Shown piece after piece: positions 38,258 through 51,411 of a stretch of 64,000 nt of DNA. The stretch comes from Octopus bimaculoides. Its lineage: Eukaryota. The stretch spans positions 37,957,394 through 38,021,393 of the forward strand of contig NC_068989.1 of assembly GCF_001194135.2 (NCBI RefSeq), read 5' to 3'. The notes under the pieces were generated by a model. That model saw nothing but the letters and a program-made list of their open reading frames with translations. It searched no databases and had not been told where the DNA came from. Made by a program: the position numbers and the translations under genes. Numbering within the stretch: position 1 is the stretch's first letter; each line of letters starts with the position of its first letter.

Positions 38258-38900
38258 GGTGGTTGTCTACTCCGAGTGACTAGACTATAGCCGACACTAC
38301 CAGATATTTTAAGCATCTCTGTGGTGATTCCTGATGGGCCAGGGCTTTCCCTATCTTCATACCCTTAATTGCTTTATCTAACAAGATACTGTCAATTTGG
38401 ATAGCTGGTCCCTCTGTTGGGTCGACATTTGGTAGACTTTCTTTCTCCCATTTATTCTCTTCATTTAGCAACCTTTCATAGTAGTGTCTCCAAGTCTCTT
38501 TCATTGTAGCCTCATTAAATGCAAGTGAACCATCATCCATGGGAACACATTTTATCACCTATGACATCGCGATTCTCTCTCACACACTGTCTTGCAACAC
38601 AAAACAATGCAGAAAATCTGGTCAGTAGCCCTCAACAGGTTGTCCTGTAGGAACCTCCAGTTATCTTCCACATCATATATCCCTCTCTATTTCGTCAAAA
38701 GCCTGAAGGAATATGTCTCTAAATCTCTGTCCATTTGCAGGATCCTGAAGCTTCCAAACCCTTCTTCTCCATGCTGGTTGTCTTCTGGACATCCATTTAA
38801 CCCTGATCTTGAAGTCTGTAACTATTAATCTATGTTGTGGGGTATATTCTTCACCTGGGAAGGTTTTGGCCTTTATAAGTTGCCATCTGTCCCATTTCCC
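38258..38900 (-). mobile_element. RTE-clade LINE fragment (endonuclease end and linker) joined to a 3' tail
   Basis: KTFPGEEYTPQHRLIVTDF...WKLQDPANGQRFRD and DGSLAFNEATMKETWRHYYERLLNEENKW...AIKGMKIGKA, ending in the tail GGAGTAGACAACCACC (rc at about 38258-38273). Confidence 0.85.
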
Positions 38901-38902
38901 AT

Positions 38903-38973
<71 letters not shown>

Positions 38974-38989
38974 TATATTTATATATATA

Positions 38990-40152
38990 CAGAGTGCGTA
39001 ATGTATTTGAGGACAAATTTATGTTTATAAAAAAAACAGATATATAATAACAGATAATAACTTTATTTATCAAAAATGCTATAAGGATATAAATAAACGT
39101 TCTTTTCTATAATATTATTCTATAAAGCCACCTTCAGCTACAACAACTGCTTCTATATGAGATCTAAACCATCTCCATGCTCTAATCAAGTAGTCCTAGT
39201 TCATTTTAGATATTACTCTGACTATCGCAGCTTTCAAAGAATCTTTGGTGTTATGGGCGTGTTCATTGACCTCTCTCTCAACAGCGCTTCACTGGTAATA
39301 GTCCAATGGATTGAGCTCTGGGGAATTAGGAGGCCAAATGTTAGGGGTTATGTGATCATGAAAACTTTCAGCCATCCATTCCTGTATTACTAGAGCTATG
39401 TGCGATAGTGCAGAGTCTTACTGAGACACATATGAACTTCCATTGCATACACTGTCTATTCAGGGCTTAACAATTATTTCCAGGACTCAATTTAGGTGGT
39501 AAAGTTAACTCTAAGGCCTTGTGGAAAGAAATAAGGAAGCATCACATGTCCTTCATTGCTGACAACCCCTAAAACCATGACAGTTGCAGGAAATTTTGTA
39601 TGTATAACACTTGGAACTTCAGAAGTTTCTGCACATAACCATCTGTCATTTCTTCTGTTAACTTTTTGATCTTGGTCGAAGTTTTTCTTGTTTGAGAAAA
39701 ACCAAATCAAATCTTCTGCTGAATTTTTCAGTTTGTTTAGGAGTCTTTAAGATCTGATGTAGTGATTTTCTTTTGCTTTTACTGACAAATTGACCTTTCC
39801 TCATCATATATCACTTATATCTGATGTCTTCATGGACAACATTTCTGACACATGCAGATGTTTTGAAATTGACCTCATGGACGTTCTGCTTTGATACTGG
39901 TGATGTTTCCATCTTCAGTCTCTAGCTCCTTACAAACTCTGTATACGAAAGATCTGGCAACTTTTAAAAACCGAGATATTTTTAAATCGCTATGCTTAGC
40001 CTTTATAACTACAATAACAACATGCCTCTTCATTTCTCGGGTAAGCTGAGGGTCTGCCATTATTATTTTCTGAAACAAAGATTATACAGAGTTAGCAAAA
40101 AATACAGCAATGACCAAAAAAAGTTATGTCCTCAAATACCTTATGCACCCTG
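38990..40152 (-). mobile_element. maT/rosa-type (DD37D-like) Tc1/mariner element, 1163 bp, degenerate
   Basis: TIRs CAGAGTGCGTAATGTATTTGAGGACA and rc CAGGGTGCATAAGGTATTTGAGGACA with TA TSDs. Motifs IWFFSNKKNFDQDQKVNRRNDRWL, HTKFPATVMVLGVVSNEG and WPPNSPELNPLDYY. Confidence 0.88.
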
Positions 40153-40189
40153 TAAATATATATATATACCTCCACCAACTATTCTGCCT

Positions 40190-40437
40190 GTATGTCTGTG
40201 CACACCTTTGAATGCAATGTATGCCAGAAGGTTTGCAAATCTAACAGAGAACTCAAAAGACATTATAAGATCCACAAAGATCAGAACTTATCTGCAGCTC
40301 TTGATGGTCCAAATCGGATATGCAATCTATATGGGTGTCTTTTCAGAATATTGTCTGGTTTAAAAAGCCATGTTGGTTCTAAAGTATAAGTACAGGACGT
40401 CGTCAAACTCTGCATAAGGAGTAGACAACCACCACTA
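40190..40437 (+). mobile_element. LINE 3' end with C2H2-like zinc fingers (RTE-type)
   Basis: FECNVCQKVCKSNRELKRHYKIH plus a degenerate second finger, followed by the same tail GGAGTAGACAACCACC as the 38.3 kb RTE copy and then (TA)n. Confidence 0.65.
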
Positions 40438-40448
40438 TATATATATAC

Positions 40449-40507
<59 letters not shown>

Positions 40508-41435
40508 CTTCTCTTATTTTCTTTCTGACTTTATTTTGTCGCTGTCTAAGGGAAACCCTGATGAAACACCATTTTACATGAAGAAACCCCCTTTTCACAT
40601 GTGTGGTTGCTTGTATATATGGCTATATGTGTCTCTGTGTATGTATGTGTTTGTATGTATGTATATATGATTGTGTGTGTTGGGGTGTAGGTGTGTGTGC
40701 ACATATAGATTTGCAGTCATACAAAAATAACTGTGACTTGGCCAGATAGTTTTGCTGTTGTATCAAGGGAATGTGTAGCCTATTACATTTCCATCTGATT
40801 ATTGAACACTATCACAGAAGAGATTCTTCAAACTGCATGATATGGTGCCAGGAAGTTCTGTTATTCCTGTAGGGGCCTACCATTTCCAATGAACTATTGA
40901 CTTATTAGAAGAGTCTACCAGCTTTGGTTGGCGCCATCTAGTCATGCCTCCATCTATACATACAGACATACAACTAGTTAGCCATTCTATTTTGGTTCTC
41001 TTAATTCTAATGAGGTGTTCAAAAGAAACAAATATATACATATATGTGTGCATACTTATGTTTGGTTTCTAAGTGAAATACATACATTTATGTACATATG
41101 AGCATATGTGAAAAAAAAATTAATGATAAAAACACAGAGAGGGAGAAAGAGAGAGAATCACATTACATAAACACACATGCATACATATATAAGAAGTAAA
41201 ATACGCATACATAAACATACACACACACGCACACACACACACACAGAGTAGTGTGGTGGTGTATTTCAGTCTATAATCCAAATACTTTTTTTTTTTGGCA
41301 TGTGTTATTATATCTTCTTCTCACTCTTGATCTAATTATAGATAGATAGATAGAGTGAAAGATATCAAACCCTATCAGACCAACACATACCATTCTTCAC
41401 TATCAAATAATTATATCATTGAAGTTAAGAGTTAC

Positions 41436-41789
41436 ATGCAATCCTTTCTTCTTTATATTTGATATATTTTTTTTTGTTCGGCCAGTCAGTAGTTTCAAGT
41501 TAGCTCGTATTAATGATGGAACAATGAGATATAGTGTTGGAGAAGGATTGGTGATGTTACAATAGAGGACACTTGATGTATGATATACAAGAAAAGCAAA
41601 GGAGGCATATATAAACAGAAATCGGTACATAGGAGGAGTATTATTATAAATCACTCTGACAAAGTAACAATGATAAACCCTATCACATCCAAGAACTGAA
41701 AAAGTTTGATGATTCATTGAAGATGGAGTGGTTGGGTCAAAAGGTTGGATACTGAACTCAATAGTACTTGAGTCATTGAAATACAAAAG
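41436..41789 (-). CDS. Candidate coding exon (unknown product, hydrophobic segment and N-glycosylation sequons)
   Basis: Lies in a stop-free, non-microsatellite frame of about 140 codons (41403-41830). Acceptor ttactctaaag|CTT and donor TTGCAT|gtaact; 354 bp, phase 0-0; LLYFNDSSTIEFSIQPFDP...MYRFLFIYASFAFLVYHTSSVLYCNITNPSPTLYLIVPS. Confidence 0.35.
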
Positions 41790-41998
41790 CTTTAGAGTAA
41801 GTTCTCTCAGACTATTGTATTTTTGTGGCATCTCATATATATGCATATGTGTGTGTGTGTGTGTATGCATGTATATGTATATAAAAGTATATATATGCAT
41901 ATGTGGATATATGTATTATATATATATATAATGTATGTACAATATATTACACACACACACATGCATATACATATAATGTATCTATCTATCTATCTATA

Positions 41999-42033
<35 letters not shown>

Positions 42034-42352
42034 CTCTGTGATTACTTAATGTAAATTATATTGTTGTTTAACCCCAGGTTAAATCTGGTTGAGGAGACCT
42101 ATAATCAAATGCATTCCAGTCAAGATCATCATGACTTTTTATATAGTTACTACAATGTCTAATCTATCTTTTGTTATTTAAAACAGTAGGGTGTAATCTA
42201 AGAAGGATTTGGCTGCTATTTTTAGTAGCCTGAAGTTTCCCCATTTGCTTTTCACAGTCATTATCACTATAGTTTTCAGTAACGAAGCTGTTTGTTCATA
42301 TCTACATTTTCTTAATGCTGATGTACTTCTCTGACAATACAAATGCTATCTG

Positions 42353-42394
<42 letters not shown>

Positions 42395-45253
42395 NNNNNN
42401 NNNNNNNNNNNNNNNNNNNNNNNNNNNNNNNNNNNNNNNNNNCTCTCCCTCTCTCTCTCTCTCCCTCTCCCTCTCTCTCTCCACAAAAAATACAGTGAAA
42501 TTCAGAAAATTGCATGAATAATGCCTGATTAAGAAAATATCATAAATGATCAAGAACTGAAGACAGAAAATATCTGCAACAGTTTGCTAGAAGTAGTAGC
42601 TAACTTCTGTTATCAAGATGATGTAATCAATTCTAAAAATGAATAGAATTATAAAAGAATATCTTCAGAGAGAAAAAATTGTGTTTTATATGTTCATTTG
42701 GCAACAGAAATATATCTTATCTCGCTGAATGGCGGATTAGAATGTATATTATAACGTAATATAATATGCATGTATATTGGAAGCATTATATTGTGTTGAG
42801 AAATAAAATCAGAGAGAGTATACAATAAATGGAAATAAGGATTTAAGAAATAGGCTTGGATATATAAAGTAAATTTATGAAAAATTGAAGAGCAAATCAT
42901 CAAAATTAATGACATTATCGACTAATATGAATATATAAGAAAATTAGCTGATGTATGCATATATAATTAATTTACAGATTCAGAGAAGAAGTGGTATAAG
43001 TTGATAGTGAGGACTGCAAAAATAGTTTACAAGCAAGTAAGTGAGAATGAAACATAGAAAGAACCTATCAGATAAAATAATATTTTGAATTGAGATGTCT
43101 AGAAAGAGTTTGTATAGAAGTTAGATCTAATCAATGCCAACCTGAAAATCTAGATATTAAAGTAATATCTCACTAATGGGACCCGTGGAAATTCCAAAGA
43201 ATGAAAAAAAATTAAGAGATGATATTTAAGAAAGAAAGGATCATTTGCACTTTTATTTTCCTTAGTTTTTTTTTACGTCCAGTCACAATAATATATTATA
43301 TGATTTTAAAATTTCTCTTTGCTAAGCACTTTATATTTCTCACTTTCTCTCTACCTTTCCAACAATCTTTTTAACCATGTAATTCTCCTCTCCATGTCTT
43401 TAACGATTCTTTCTTTCTTTTCACCTCACACTTCCACTAACCACATGAGTGACAGCATAATGCATCAGCTGGCTATCTGCTCTGTCACTCACTCCCACAT
43501 TCCCTCTTCCTCTCTCTCATTCCACCTCCTCCTCTCTAACAAACTAAAGCATAAAAGTAAATGAACAAGTAGAAGAATAATATTATAACTATAGTTCAAT
43601 AAAAAATTTTCTTTTACTTTCCACACACCACTACTGTCATTATCACTATAGTTTTCAGTAAGAAAGCTGTTTGTTCATATCTACTTTTTCTTAATGTTGA
43701 TGTACTTCTTCTCTGACCATACAAATGCTATCTGCCTCTCTCTCTCTCTTTCTCAATGTAACTGTTTCTCCTGTCCATCTCTCTCTATCTGCCTTTTTTA
43801 ACCTCACCACCAGAACATCACCCTCTGCTAAATATTGTATCTTAAACATATCTCTTTACCTTTCCTTCCCCACTCTGCAGCCTGTTTTTCAACACTTCAC
43901 TTTCCCTCTTTTCTCTCATTATATTTTTCTCATGCTCTTCATCTCTCCCTTCAACTAACCATGTGATGCATTTGACATTTTTCTCTATTTCTTCCTCACT
44001 TTTTTCTCTACATCTCACTATGCATCTTTTTCTACTTCTTCTTCACTTCTTTTTTCTCTACTCACACTTCTTCTCTCTGTCTCTCTCACTTTCACTCTAT
44101 CTGTCACTCCACCTCCACCTCTCTAACTAACTAAAGTATAACGAGTGAACGAACAAGCAGATTATTATATAGATTATTTAAAGCAGACTTGCTAGTACTT
44201 GTCATTGATAGGCTTGAGTTATAACATGAATTTGTACAATCACACGTAGGGTTATTTTAACGAACTATTTATAGTTAATATAATACACCATAAAGATGTT
44301 AGGATTAGGTCTGGGTTTGGTTGTTCTTTGATCAATCACACAAAACTTAGAAATATTTTAAAAATAGGTGACTGTGCTTCAGCTGTGTCTTTATAGTCAC
44401 ATTCTTTACAGTATTAATGAATGTCTGCCTTTCAGTACTATCTATTTTTGTCTGTTTCATTAGTTAGTGACGTTTCCTCTCCTCAATATTTTTTGGCAGA
44501 TTTTCTTTTAAATGATGCCAATATTCAGAAGTATATAATTAATTTGTCTTGCACCTGTTTTTCCATGCTTGCATGGGTTGGAAAAATATGCATTTTTTTA
44601 AAACACTAATTTCACCTAATCACATGATTTTTGTCTCATTGCATGATGAATGGTAGTTTGTACTTAACTATATAACTGTGAACAGGTGTGTGTTTATGAT
44701 GTATGTACATATTCATGTATAACAACAGACAAAGGTACACACACATGCATCTACTTATGACAACTTAAGATAAATTTAACGTAAGTAAACTACCATTGTG
44801 AAACTTTAAACAGAAGTAAATACATTTTGTTACTCTCTTTGTGCTCAAAAAATTAAAGGAGATTGTCTTGGCCGGTTTCACAGTTTGTTGGTCTCTTATC
44901 ATACTCAAGTGGCCCTCATTCCTTTGCATATTTAAATCAATAAATCAATCACTAACTAGAATGTACTTGTAATGGCAAGACAAAGTTGCATATCATACAT
45001 TTGTGTATCTGATGGCAGAGTGATCGAATAATATATGATTTTGTGTGTGTGTGTTGATTTGTTTTAGCTCTAAAGAAGATATCTTATGTGGGTGTGGTTC
45101 CCTATATTTTCACTTGATAAAATTTAGTTATGAATGCTCCCAAATGCATATCTGAAACAGTTGCAAGCCTATAATAAATAAATAAAAGTGTGCAACCCCT
45201 TATTTCTGTCTATCTATCTATCTATATATATGTATATATATATCGGAAAATGA

Positions 45254-45972
45254 AAAATAATAGTAATAATAATAAGGCAGAATGCTAAACTGAAAGCATA
45301 TTTTAATATAGATGTGCATAAGGAGGATTAAAAAGGATTTCTTACCCGCTTTCATTGCATGGCAAATTTTCAAGAAGAGGGGAAATGAAAATAATGTTTT
45401 TTTACAAAAATATAAAAAATACATAAAAAAATTAATATACCAATACATTATATTGTCTTTGAGTTTTTAAAGTTCAATGGTAATCCATCTAGATAATTGT
45501 TAGAAAGATTAGGATGCATGGAATTAAGAATCATATTGTGTTTAAAAAAGGCTGAGAGTTTGTGTTAAACAGGAAATATGTGTAAGGGAAGACAATTCAG
45601 TTTATGTCTGTTCTTAGAGAAACAAGACACACTTCCTGTTTTGACACCACACTTCCTGCTTAACACATTAACTCTCAGCCTTTTTTAAGCACAACACGGT
45701 TCTTAATTCCATGCACCCTAATCTATCTAACAATTATCTACATGGATTACCATTGAACTTTAAAAACTCAAAGACAATATAATGTTTAGGTATATTTATT
45801 TTTTTATATATTCTTTATATTTTTGTAAAAAACATTATTTTCATTTCCCCTTTTCTTGAAAATTTGCCATGCAATAAAAGCCAGTTAGAAATCCTTTTTA
45901 ATCCTTATGCATATCTATATTAAAATATGCTTTCAGTTTAGCATTCTGCCTTATTATTATTACTATTATTTT
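45254..45972. repeat. Long inverted repeat (arms of about 330 bp, spacer of about 65 bp); foldback or MITE-like
   Basis: 45254-45582 aligns to the rc of 45648-45972 with few mismatches (for example GGCAGAATGCTAAACTGAAAGCATATTTTAATATAGAT). Confidence 0.9.
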
Positions 45973-47096
45973 CCTATTATTTCTCCACATGCGGTTAACA
46001 CAACTCCACTATTTNNNNNNNNNNNNNNNNNNNNNNNNNNNNNNNNNNNNNNNNNNNNNNNNNNNNNNNNNNNNNNNNNNNNNNNNNNNNNNNNNNNNNN
46101 NNNNNNNNNNNNNNNNNNNNNNNNNNNNNNNNNNNNNNNNNNNNNNNNNNNNNNNNNNNNTATATATATATGTATATATATGTATATATTTGAGTTATGG
46201 TGATAATAGATTGGCAGAATCCTTAAAGCATCAGAAAATTGTCTTTTGGTATTAAGTTACAACTTTCCTGAGTTCAAATGCCACCATGGTCAACTTTGCC
46301 TTTCATTTTTCAGAGAATGATAAGACAAAGTATCTGTTAAGTACTGGGGTTGGTGTAATTGACTTTCCCCTGCCTTCAAAATTGCTGGTCTTGTACCAAG
46401 TTTAGGAATTATTATTATCAATATCATTATTATTATTACTACTACTACTACTACTACTTTTGTTTGATATCTTAATCTGTTTCTTGAAGTGAAGAATTTT
46501 TTCTCATACAACTGTATGGAAAACTGTTTTGTATTTTTAAACTTATTCATACATAGAAAACTTCAAAGAGTCTGGAGAGTTTCCCCATTCAAGGTTTAGT
46601 CAAAAAAATGTGAGGTTATTTTTTTTTTATACAAATTATATTTTTTTCCACTCTGTCTACATACAGAAAATATAGCTACAATATTTCCCAGCCATGCCTT
46701 TCATAAAAAAAAAACAAAAAAAAAACAAATCAGAACTAAGATTATCACATACAGAAAACACATGCAAAAAGAAAATGAACATGAAAATTACTTTACAGTA
46801 AGACACATAAGTCAAAGAAAATCGATGTCAATTCCCTTAAAACACCATTAGTATGAACAATGTTAGCAATATTTTTTTCAAAAAAACACCAACGACAACA
46901 CAGTATTCACACAAATGCATACAGTGTCAAGTGGAAAAAAAAAAAACTTTTGAGAATGGTAATTTTTCATGTTACCAGTGAAACTGAGATCTGAAAATAC
47001 CAAACTTGATGAAAAAAGTAATGGTCTGGAAACATTATGTTAAGTCACAGTTTTCCCTTATCTGAAATGTATATCCAAGGTTTAGTAAGGAGAAAA

Positions 47097-47132
<36 letters not shown>

Positions 47133-47362
47133 TACCATACCAAACAAAATGCTTATTGGGATTTTTTCCAGCTGTTTACTTTTAGAGTTCAAATTCCACC
47201 GAGGTCAACTTTGCTTTCATCTTTTTGGAGTTGATAAAATTAGTGTCACATGAGAACTATGGTTAATGTCATTGACTAACACTCTTGCCCAGAATTTTAA
47301 TCTTTGTGCCTATGTTAGAAAGGTGTTTTTCTATTGTTATTATTATTATTATTGTTCAGTAG

Positions 47363-47770
47363 TTTTATTTTTATAAAGTGCTTTCACTTCACTACCGAGC
47401 GCAGCTCTGTGTGCCTTGGGTATGTGCTGTGGTTTGCTGTGATGCTCTTATGGTTACTGTATTGAAAGTGTTTTGCGTAGGATGTGTGCAGTGTCCAGTA
47501 GTGCAATTTTCTATATGTTATATATATTTGTAAGTCCTGGTGTTTTTGTTATGTATTTGTCCGAATATTTTTTATTATACCTAAGACACCTACTATGATA
47601 GGAAATGTTTCTGTTTTTAGATTCCACATTTGAGTTACCTCTATTTCCAGGTCTTTGTATTTTAAAAGTTTTTCCATTTCTTTTAGAAAAAAACGTTGTC
47701 CTCTGCTGGTATTGATACATCAATTAGAAAACATTTTTTTCTTCAAGTTCTCTGACAACTATATCTGGCC
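47363..47770 (-). mobile_element. R4/Dong-like (RLE-endonuclease) non-LTR retrotransposon 3' fragment in a (TAA)n tract
   Basis: Minus-strand translation resembling KYKDLEIEV..MWNLKTETxPIIVGxLG...KKYSDKYITKTPGLTNIYNI*KIALLDTAHILRKTLSIQ; flanked on both sides by (TAT)n. Confidence 0.75.
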
Positions 47771-48109
47771 TATTATTATTATTATTACTATTATTATTAT
47801 TATGATTATGATTATTATTATTATTATTATTATTATTATTGTTATTAAGGCAGTGAGCTGGCAGAATTGTAAGCATGCTAAACAAAATACTTTGTAGCAT
47901 TTCCTTCATCTTTACGTTCTGAATTCAAATTCCACCAAGGTTGACTTTGCCTTTCATCCTATCGGATCAATAAAATAAGTACCAGTTGAGTTTAGGGGCT
48001 GATGTAATCCACTTAACCTCTCCTTCTGTAAAGGCGGTCCTTGTGCCAAAATTTGAAGTCATTATTATTATTATCGTTATTAATATTATTATTATTATTA
48101 TTATTCCAA

Positions 48110-48335
48110 AGTTATTACATGCTAATTTAACTAGCAGAGGTATTATCTCGAGGTTTGATTAGCAACAAGTCTCCATCAATCTCAAGAATCTTTCTTAGGC
48201 TTCTTGCAGAATACCACATTGTATTTTTCTGCAGGTCAACAATGTGAATCTCAATTCCAATATCTTTCATTTCTTAAGTAATAGTTTGGGTGTTGTGCCA
48301 AGTGCACCAATAACCACATGGAAAATAAAATTGAA
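48110..48335 (-). mobile_element. Second R4/Dong-like 3' fragment (different subfamily) in a (TAA)n tract
   Basis: VVIGALGTTPKLLL...KDIGIEIHIVDLQKNT...SARSLRKILEI; flanked by (TAT)n. Confidence 0.65.
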
Positions 48336-49221
48336 TTTATTATTATTATTGTTGTTGTTGTTAAATTATTATGGTAATTGGCAGAATTGTTAGTGTGAGT
48401 CAAAATGGTTTGCTGTATTTAGTTAATAGTGCATTACTTTCTGAGTTTAAATTCTGCTACAGTGAACTTTGCCTTTCACACTTTTGGAGTTGGTTGAATA
48501 AAATGTTCGTCAGGTAAGGGCTTGATGTAATTATCTATTGCCCTCACTTGTACCTGTTGCCTTGTACCTAAATTCAAAGCAAGAATCGTTAGTGTGTCAG
48601 AAAAATACCTTTCAGAATCTTTATATTTTGAGTTGAATCAGTTTAAATCCTGCTCAGTGCTTTCAAGGTTGATATAATATAATACCAATCCAGTATTAAG
48701 GTTGATAATATTGATTCCTCTCAAAACTTACTAACCTTGTGCTTAAATCATAAATTCTCTTCCTCTCTACTCTCCTTCCTTCTCCCCCTCCTCCTCCTTC
48801 TTTTCCTTCTCCTCCTCCTCTTTCTACTCTCCCTCCTCCTCCACCTCTTCCTTCCCCATCCTCCTCCTTTTTCTTCTTCTTTTCCTCCTCACCCTCTCTC
48901 CTATCCTCCTCCTCCTTCTCTTCCCCTCCTCTTCTTCTTCTTCTTCTTCGTGGTAGTAGTAGTAGTAGTAGTAGTAGTTTACCTGTATTGTTAAAAACAT
49001 TAATTATAGAGAAAGTTTTGTCAACAGAAAAAAAACAAACAAAGGCTCTGTGCGACATAATGTTTAATACAGATATTTTATCCACAATAATTTATGGACT
49101 ATTTTCAAAAGGTCAAACGGAGGAAGAATTGAAGACAAAATACACTTAGTCTATTTTTTAATGTGTATATGCGTGTGCACATAAATGCATATGTACATAT
49201 ATATATATATATATGTATATA

Positions 49222-49743
49222 TCTATAATAATAAAAGTGAAATTCTGTCTCTCCATCTGGGACCCCAGTATCTCAGTCTACATGTACTCCATGTAGACAT
49301 ACCAGTTTGGAATCAGGATGAACCTGGGATTGAAAATCTGCCTTTCATTTGGTTCTTGAACATCCAACAATGGGATCTGATTTAAAAGCATTTGGGTTCC
49401 TATTTCTAGCATGTAAAGCTTGGCTGATTCGCACCATCTTGGTTGGTGTTTGTTAGATGACATCAGTGATCAAGGGGGAGATAAATGACATTTGCTTCGT
49501 TAATTTTACATCGAGATTAGAACTTTGGGACAAATTGGCCAAGAGTTGGAATTCAACTTGGGACTGGAACAATAGAAAGATTGCTTTACAGAATTAATTC
49601 TCATCTGCCCTCAACCTCTGATCACACACCACCAGGGAATATAGTCATTATAGACGTATTATAGTAACGGTATTTAGCTCTCTCTAGTTTGGGGCTGCAG
49701 GAGTTAGCTTGAAAGTCCACACAGAGTGTGGCTTTTAAGCTAG
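49222..49743 (+). mobile_element. Non-autonomous Helitron (522 bp) inserted at A|T in a TA microsatellite
   Basis: 5' A|TCTATAATAATAAAAGTG, subterminal hairpin CCACAC-AGA-GTGTGG, 3' CTAG|T, no TSD. Confidence 0.75.
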
Positions 49744-49747
49744 TATA

Positions 49748-49780
<33 letters not shown>

Positions 49781-51355
49781 GCTTAAATAATTGTAGTATA
49801 CATTTGTATATGCTTGCATCTATGCATGTATGTACAACTTATGTTCTGTTTAAATCATGAATTACTCTACAGTTTTATGCTCTGTTACTGAAAATACATT
49901 TTTAATGATATCTGTCACTCCTTATTACACCTATTATTCCAATCCACTCTAATTTTTATTCTTTAACTCTTTTCCTGTTTGCTACTCTAGTCAAGTGTGA
50001 CAGATAAACTCCTTATTCTTCTACAAATGTTCATTTTACTTCTCCTATTATCACTTACTTTTTATTTGTTCTATGAAAGTAGGAGACTTTCATACTATCC
50101 CCTTAGCATACAGTGAATAAATATACTAAGCTAATTATTTTATATATGTAGATATCATTATCATCATCATCATTGTTGTTGTTGTTATTATTATCATCTA
50201 ACTATTAAAATTTTACAATGTATTCTGTTTATTTTTTAAATTAACAATACATTATGTACTATCTCTGGCCATTCTGATTGCAATACTTTTTCTGGTCTCT
50301 TTCATTCTCTCTTACTCTCATTTTCTTTTATCCTCTCTTTCTCTCTCTTACTCCCAGTCTTCTGCTCTCAGTCTCTGTCTGTCTCTGTCTGTCTCTGTCT
50401 TTGTCTCTCTTTCTCTCTCTCATTCATTGTTTTTTTCTTGCTCTGTATAGCTCAAACAAGAAGAAGCCAAAACAAGAATTATCTTTTAATACTTTTTTCC
50501 TATTTATTATTATTTGTTCTGTTTTGACTCTTGTTTTTTTTTTTATATTTCTTCTAATTTTTTTCTCTTTCTATTTTTCTTTTAGGTAAACAATGATTAA
50601 CTTCTGACAATCTTCATTGTATATTATATACAGTGTCTGATGTTCTCTACCCTGGAGACAGTCAGTCCTGCAATAAGTTGTTTTTTTGATACAGTAAGTC
50701 TATAGCATTTAAAAATAATAATAATAATGATAACAAAAAAAAAAATACCAAAAGAAAAAGAAGTAAATGATTAATAAAAGAAATGAAAAAATATTTTTCT
50801 CTTTCCCATTATCATTGATATTATTGATAATAGTGATTTGTGAGAGAGTACATTCTGTTTGGTTTATGTTATCAAATAGTTAGGGCCCTTTTTGTCTTTA
50901 TGCACTTTTTATATTTTTTCTCTATATTTTCTATTATTTCTATGTGCATATGTATGACTTTGAGTATGTGTATGGTAATGAGTATGTGTATGGTAATGAA
51001 CATGTGTATGTGTGTGTGTGTTGTAGGATCATCTATATTTATATATAACATATTTATTTTGTCCTATGCAACTGAAAAATATGCCTATGAAGACTTGTAT
51101 GTGTGTGAGCATGTGTGTGTGTGTGTGTGTGTGTACGTATGTGTATGTGTATTCATGTAGAAATAAAAAAAGAGTAAGACTATCCCATTTCAGTGTTGTG
51201 TATTTTAATATATATTCAAAGAATTAGAGAACACAAGTGAAACCATTTAATGTAGGACTGATTATACATGCACATATACACACATGCACACACAGATATA
51301 TATATGAATATTTATACACATAGTTATGAAATATATAAAGTGTGTTTGTGTATAT

Positions 51356-51411
<56 letters not shown>

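Noticed and set aside
40192-40389. Host C2H2 zinc-finger gene from the cephalopod ZNF expansion
   Set aside because: No TGEKPY linkers, the second finger is broken, and it is followed directly by the LINE 3' tail shared with the RTE copy at 38.3 kb.
40558-40600. CTGATGA...GAAAC as a hammerhead
   Set aside because: No stem II pairing and no stem I/III geometry. The CTGAAGG...GAAA motif near 27169 fails in the same way.
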